A DNA stretch of 39,867 nt from positions 1 through 39,867 of IMG/VR virus record IMGVR_UViG_3300022909_000052; one strand, written 5' to 3'. This stretch comes from a virus. Taxonomy: Duplodnaviria; Caudoviricetes. Below, piece by piece: positions 37,088-39,867 of the stretch. Position 1 is the stretch's first letter. Each line of letters starts with the position of its first letter. Position numbers and translations under genes: made by a program. A model generated the notes under the pieces. It saw only the letters and a program-made list of their open reading frames with translations. It was not told the DNA's origin and ran no database searches.

Positions 37088-37122
37088 TAGATAAAATAAA
37101 TAAATTATTTTAGTTTTTAGTA

Positions 37123-37151
37123 TTGACAGGTCTTAAAAGAATGTGTATAAT
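37123..37151 (+). promoter_or_regulatory. Consensus sigma70 promoter, divergent from the late promoter
   Basis: TTGACA-N17-TATAAT, exact. Confidence 0.85.
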
Positions 37152-37156
37152 TTTAT

Positions 37157-37306
37157 TGTCCGTTGGGACGGCTATAGTACCTTCTATTATTAATAATTAA
37201 CTAGTAGTTCATATATTACTAAACGTAATCCAGATGTACATACTTGAGGTTGTACTGGGACAGATTGGGGACACCTTGGTAAAAGCCTTGGTGTCTTTTC
37301 TTTTTT
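37157..37306 (+). ncRNA. Candidate structured small RNA of about 150 nt
   Basis: Bounded by a perfect promoter and a terminator; several stem-loops; no SD-supported ORF. Confidence 0.6.
37267..37306 (+). terminator. Intrinsic terminator
   Basis: GACACC...GGTGTC stem followed by TTTTCTTTTTT. Confidence 0.8.
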
Positions 37307-37399
37307 GCATTGTCTAAATTTTTCCTAGAAAATCTTTTGTCACAATGTACATACTGAAGGCCCCCCGCGCACCCCCTCCGAAGGGGTACCCATGCTATA

Positions 37400-37471
37400 C
37401 TAAAGTACTACCCCACCCCGTCTTTGGATTAGCTTTAGTTATTCTTTAGTATAGCTTTAGTGTAGCTTAAG
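37400..37471. repeat. Phased CTTTAG-like hexamers, 11-bp period
   Basis: ctttgg 37422, ctttag 37433/37444/37455, cttaag 37466; inverted ctaaag 37400. Confidence 0.8.
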
Positions 37472-37717
37472 TATTCATTGGGCATTATGTTTACCCAACC
37501 CTTACCAAAGCTATCCCTTTGATATCCTTACCACATCTTAGTATATAACCTTAGCTATCCATAAGTATATCTTATAGGTTCCCAATCAATTACACATTAT
37601 AATATATAAATAGCCTATCCTTTCGTATCAATCTGACATATCCTTTATTTCCCTTGAAATTATTTTTGTGTCATGTCATGTTGATTACATCGAAACAATA
37701 ACATGAAAGTTAAACCA

Positions 37718-37864
37718 ATGACAACTGATCAAGAATACGAACAAATCCTAAAGACACTTAAAGAAAATAACGAAAAGATTGCAGCAAAGCATAAACAAAT
37801 AAGGGAACAATTAGCTGCATTAGAAAAGGCAATGTACAATCCCGACGGATGGAAAGTAGTTTAA
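37718..37864 (+). CDS. First early gene, 48-aa coiled-coil peptide
   Basis: Translated by hand (MTTDQEYEQILK...); alternative ATG 37703; SD weak. Confidence 0.6.
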   Translation: MTTDQEYEQILKTLKENNEKIAAKHKQIREQLAALEKAMYNPDGWKVV

Positions 37865-37928
37865 GGTTGACTTATTGGTTACATCTGACAAGGTGTAACT
37901 AAATAAACCAACCAAGAGGAACAAGACA

Positions 37929-38519
37929 ATGACACAACACGTAAGAAACATACTGAAAGTATATCGTCGTGCAACCACAGAGGATACCGCCAATGGTTTG
38001 GAATGGTATGACAGGGCAAAGCGTATGTCGATAGCTATCGCAGACAAGACACGATTGCCTGTCAATACAGTCATAGGTGTCATGGCAGCACTATCACCCA
38101 ACAACAGGTGGGAACGCAACGTCAAGGACACAGAGACAATGTGTCAGGCATGGGTAAACGGTGACGACCTGCAGGACTTCAAGGTCTCATGCTATAACAC
38201 AATGAAAGCCAAGGCTTGGTCTATACTAGAGGATGACTTGACAGACGACACAGACATTCTAACAAGACTGAACGGGCAAAAGATCAGGTCATTCTATTCA
38301 AACATCAGGGGATTGACAGAGGTAACCATTGACGGACATGCACTCAATATCGCCTTAGGTATCCGTCAAGGTCTGACAACAGACAAGACTAACATGGGTA
38401 AGAAGGTCTATCAACAGATGCAACAGGCATACGTCAAGGCAGCTAAACGTGCAGGTGTCAAGCCTCATGAATTACAGGCTATCACATGGACAACATGGAA
38501 ACGTGAACACAATATCTAA
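37929..38519 (+). CDS. Early protein with HhH-GPD DNA-glycosylase-like motifs
   Basis: G..WY, AALSP, G.KI.SF, VTIDGH, QAITW motifs; GAGGA SD. Confidence 0.65.
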   Translation: MTQHVRNILKVYRRATTEDTANGLEWYDRAKRMSIAIADKTRLPVNTVIGVMAALSPNNRWERNVKDTETMCQAWVNGDDLQDFKVSCYNTMKAKAWSILEDDLTDDTDILTRLNGQKIRSFYSNIRGLTEVTIDGHALNIALGIRQGLTTDKTNMGKKVYQQMQQAYVKAAKRAGVKPHELQAITWTTWKREHNI

Positions 38520-38532
38520 GGAGGATAAGACA

Positions 38533-38661
38533 ATGAAAGCTTGGACAGATGAAATGGTGAAGGAATATTTTGATACGCATTGGGATGTAACAATTCACCA
38601 ACTATGTGCACTATCTATGCGCAGCAAAGCCGACGTAAAAAGAATCTTGATGGAAAGGTAG
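38533..38661 (+). CDS. Small early protein, 42 aa, possibly HTH-like
   Basis: AAGGAGG SD fixes the start at 38533. Confidence 0.75.
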   Translation: MKAWTDEMVKEYFDTHWDVTIHQLCALSMRSKADVKRILMER

Positions 38662-38665
38662 AACA

Positions 38666-38752
38666 ATGGCATTCATAATATTTATCTGGACAGTAATAGC
38701 GGCGTGTTACATACTGGCATGGTTAGTAGAAAGCTACATGGATAGAGGATAG
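38666..38752 (+). CDS. 28-aa membrane peptide
   Basis: MAFIIFIWTVIAACYILAWLV...; AAGGT SD; fills an operon gap. Confidence 0.6.
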   Translation: MAFIIFIWTVIAACYILAWLVESYMDRG

Positions 38753-38756
38753 GACA

Positions 38757-38924
38757 ATGGAATACACAACGTACAATATGACATTCGCACTTGTGTCTTT
38801 TGCAGAGGGGCTTGAAGTTTACATAGCACACCCTGACGACGACGATGTTAGAATGTGGTCTGAGGATGAAATAGAAGACTGTGAAGGACACCTATTCGTT
38901 ATCAAGTGGAGGGAAGAACAATGA
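38757..38924 (+). CDS. Acidic early protein, 55 aa
   Basis: GAGGA SD; ATGA-coupled to the next gene. Confidence 0.7.
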   Translation: MEYTTYNMTFALVSFAEGLEVYIAHPDDDDVRMWSEDEIEDCEGHLFVIKWREEQ

Positions 38925-39112
38925 CAAGAAAGATTAGTATTCTATGGGGCGAGGACCTGTTGGAAAATGGTGATGTAGCGCAGACGTATAGCTTTGCTAC
39001 TGAGTCAGAGCTAAAAGCATTCATGCAAGCTGTCCATGTGATGGATGGATATTTTGGATGTCCTTATAAGATCGTCGATGAAGGTTATATTTATCGGGAT
39101 GAAGACTGTTAG
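38921..39112 (+). CDS. Small early protein
   Basis: GGAGG SD favours ATG 38921. Confidence 0.75.
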   Translation: MTRKISILWGEDLLENGDVAQTYSFATESELKAFMQAVHVMDGYFGCPYKIVDEGYIYRDEDC

Positions 39113-39210
39113 AGGAATAGGGGGTTGACATCTTGGGCAGATTGTCTCAGTCTGTCTACACATGCTAACCTGCATGACACTAGAGAAACCTAAACACAAG
39201 GAATAAAACA

Positions 39211-39483
39211 ATGACTAAAGCAATCGATACAAAGATCTACGTAGCTTACACAAAGCACATGACACGCGCCAAGCCTTACACATACCGCAAAGGCTATGAG
39301 CTAATCGATCAGGCACTTGTCAAATACTATTACTTCAAGACACGTGAACAAATCGCAACGGACTTGAATGAGTACGACCATCGTGTGCAATGGCGTATCC
39401 AGACACTATTAAAACTTGGTGTCTTGCCTATGACCAAGCGGGACTTTAAAAAGTTAGCGCGTAAAGTTTTGGTAAATGCTTAA
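39211..39483 (+). CDS. Basic protein with HTH-like segment
   Basis: TREQIATDLN...V..RI..L.KLG; AAGGA SD; TTGACA upstream at 39125. Confidence 0.7.
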   Translation: MTKAIDTKIYVAYTKHMTRAKPYTYRKGYELIDQALVKYYYFKTREQIATDLNEYDHRVQWRIQTLLKLGVLPMTKRDFKKLARKVLVNA

Positions 39484-39685
39484 GTACTTCTTTAGAGTAT
39501 GCATAGGGTTGTCCGTCACACTGAACGCAATACTTGGCGGCCAACCTTATCAGACATTCAGCGCAAGAAACTACGTCTGGTATCTGAATGAAAAGAGAAA
39601 CCTTGTCTGGCTGATAGACAAAGTACTAGGCAAGGATCACTGTTGGAAATGTTTCAAGAATTGGAGACACGGATATGGCAAATAG
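39476..39685 (+). CDS. Hypothetical protein
   Basis: LNAILGG.P.QTFSAR...DHC pattern; coupled to neighbours. Confidence 0.75.
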   Translation: MLKYFFRVCIGLSVTLNAILGGQPYQTFSARNYVWYLNEKRNLVWLIDKVLGKDHCWKCFKNWRHGYGK

Positions 39686-39867
39686 ACTAGAAGTATATGA
39701 CGAAGATGGCAAGCTTATCGTCTGGTATATGGACAATAACCAAAGGACTATTGACAATTATATGTCAGGTCTAAAGGCTGTCAACAATAAACTAAAGTTC
39801 AAGGTCGTAGAAAATGTGGGGTAATACCATAGAACAGTTCTTGTTTATCATGTTTCAGTATGATAAG
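39618..39867 (+). repeat. 250-bp terminal direct repeat, copy 2
   Basis: Matches 1-250 with two mismatches. Confidence 0.95.

Larger units (their letters stand above)
1..39867. other. Complete circularly permuted phage genome, SIO1-like/Cobavirus-type podovirus
   Basis: T7-like replication and virion genes without an RNA polymerase, class II RNR, ThyX, two oppositely transcribed arms, terminal overlap; no integrase recognised. Confidence 0.85.

Noticed and set aside
37234-37317. 27-aa hydrophobic ORF (MYILEVVLGQ...) as a type I toxin
   Set aside because: No SD, and it extends through the terminator; its hydrophobicity derives partly from the T tract
37400-37650. CRISPR mini-array or tRNA in the non-coding gap
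   Set aside because: Repeats are 5-9 bp without spacer structure; no cloverleaf or T-loop motif was recognised

Overview
This window appears to be a complete, circularly permuted lytic podovirus genome of about 39.6 kb. Bases 1-250 are repeated at 39618-39867, most likely as an assembly overlap. Gene content and layout match the marine SIO1-like/Cobavirus (Zobellviridae) type, which infects Rhodobacteraceae. The + arm (about 37700 to the end, then 1-10639) holds small early genes and T7-like replication genes: primase-helicase, family A polymerase, SSB, ThyX, exonuclease, endonuclease I, MazG, DUF1127 and a class II B12-dependent RNR. The - arm (37026 to 10636) holds tail-fibre, terminase, portal, capsid, tail, internal virion and lysis genes. 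No RNA polymerase or integrase is recognisable, and several near-consensus sigma70 promoters are present. Most notable: (1) no canonical lysozyme, but an apparently circularly permuted Amidase_3 and a nearby protein with a colicin-M-like motif that share an N-terminal signature; (2) polA split into two separately translated halves by an endonuclease VII-type gene with no room for an intron; (3) paired substitutions at the polymerase steric-gate pocket; (4) a promoter/terminator-bounded structured RNA next to the probable physical genome end, which carries 11-bp-phased CTTTAG repeats. All family calls come from reading motifs by eye; no searches were run.
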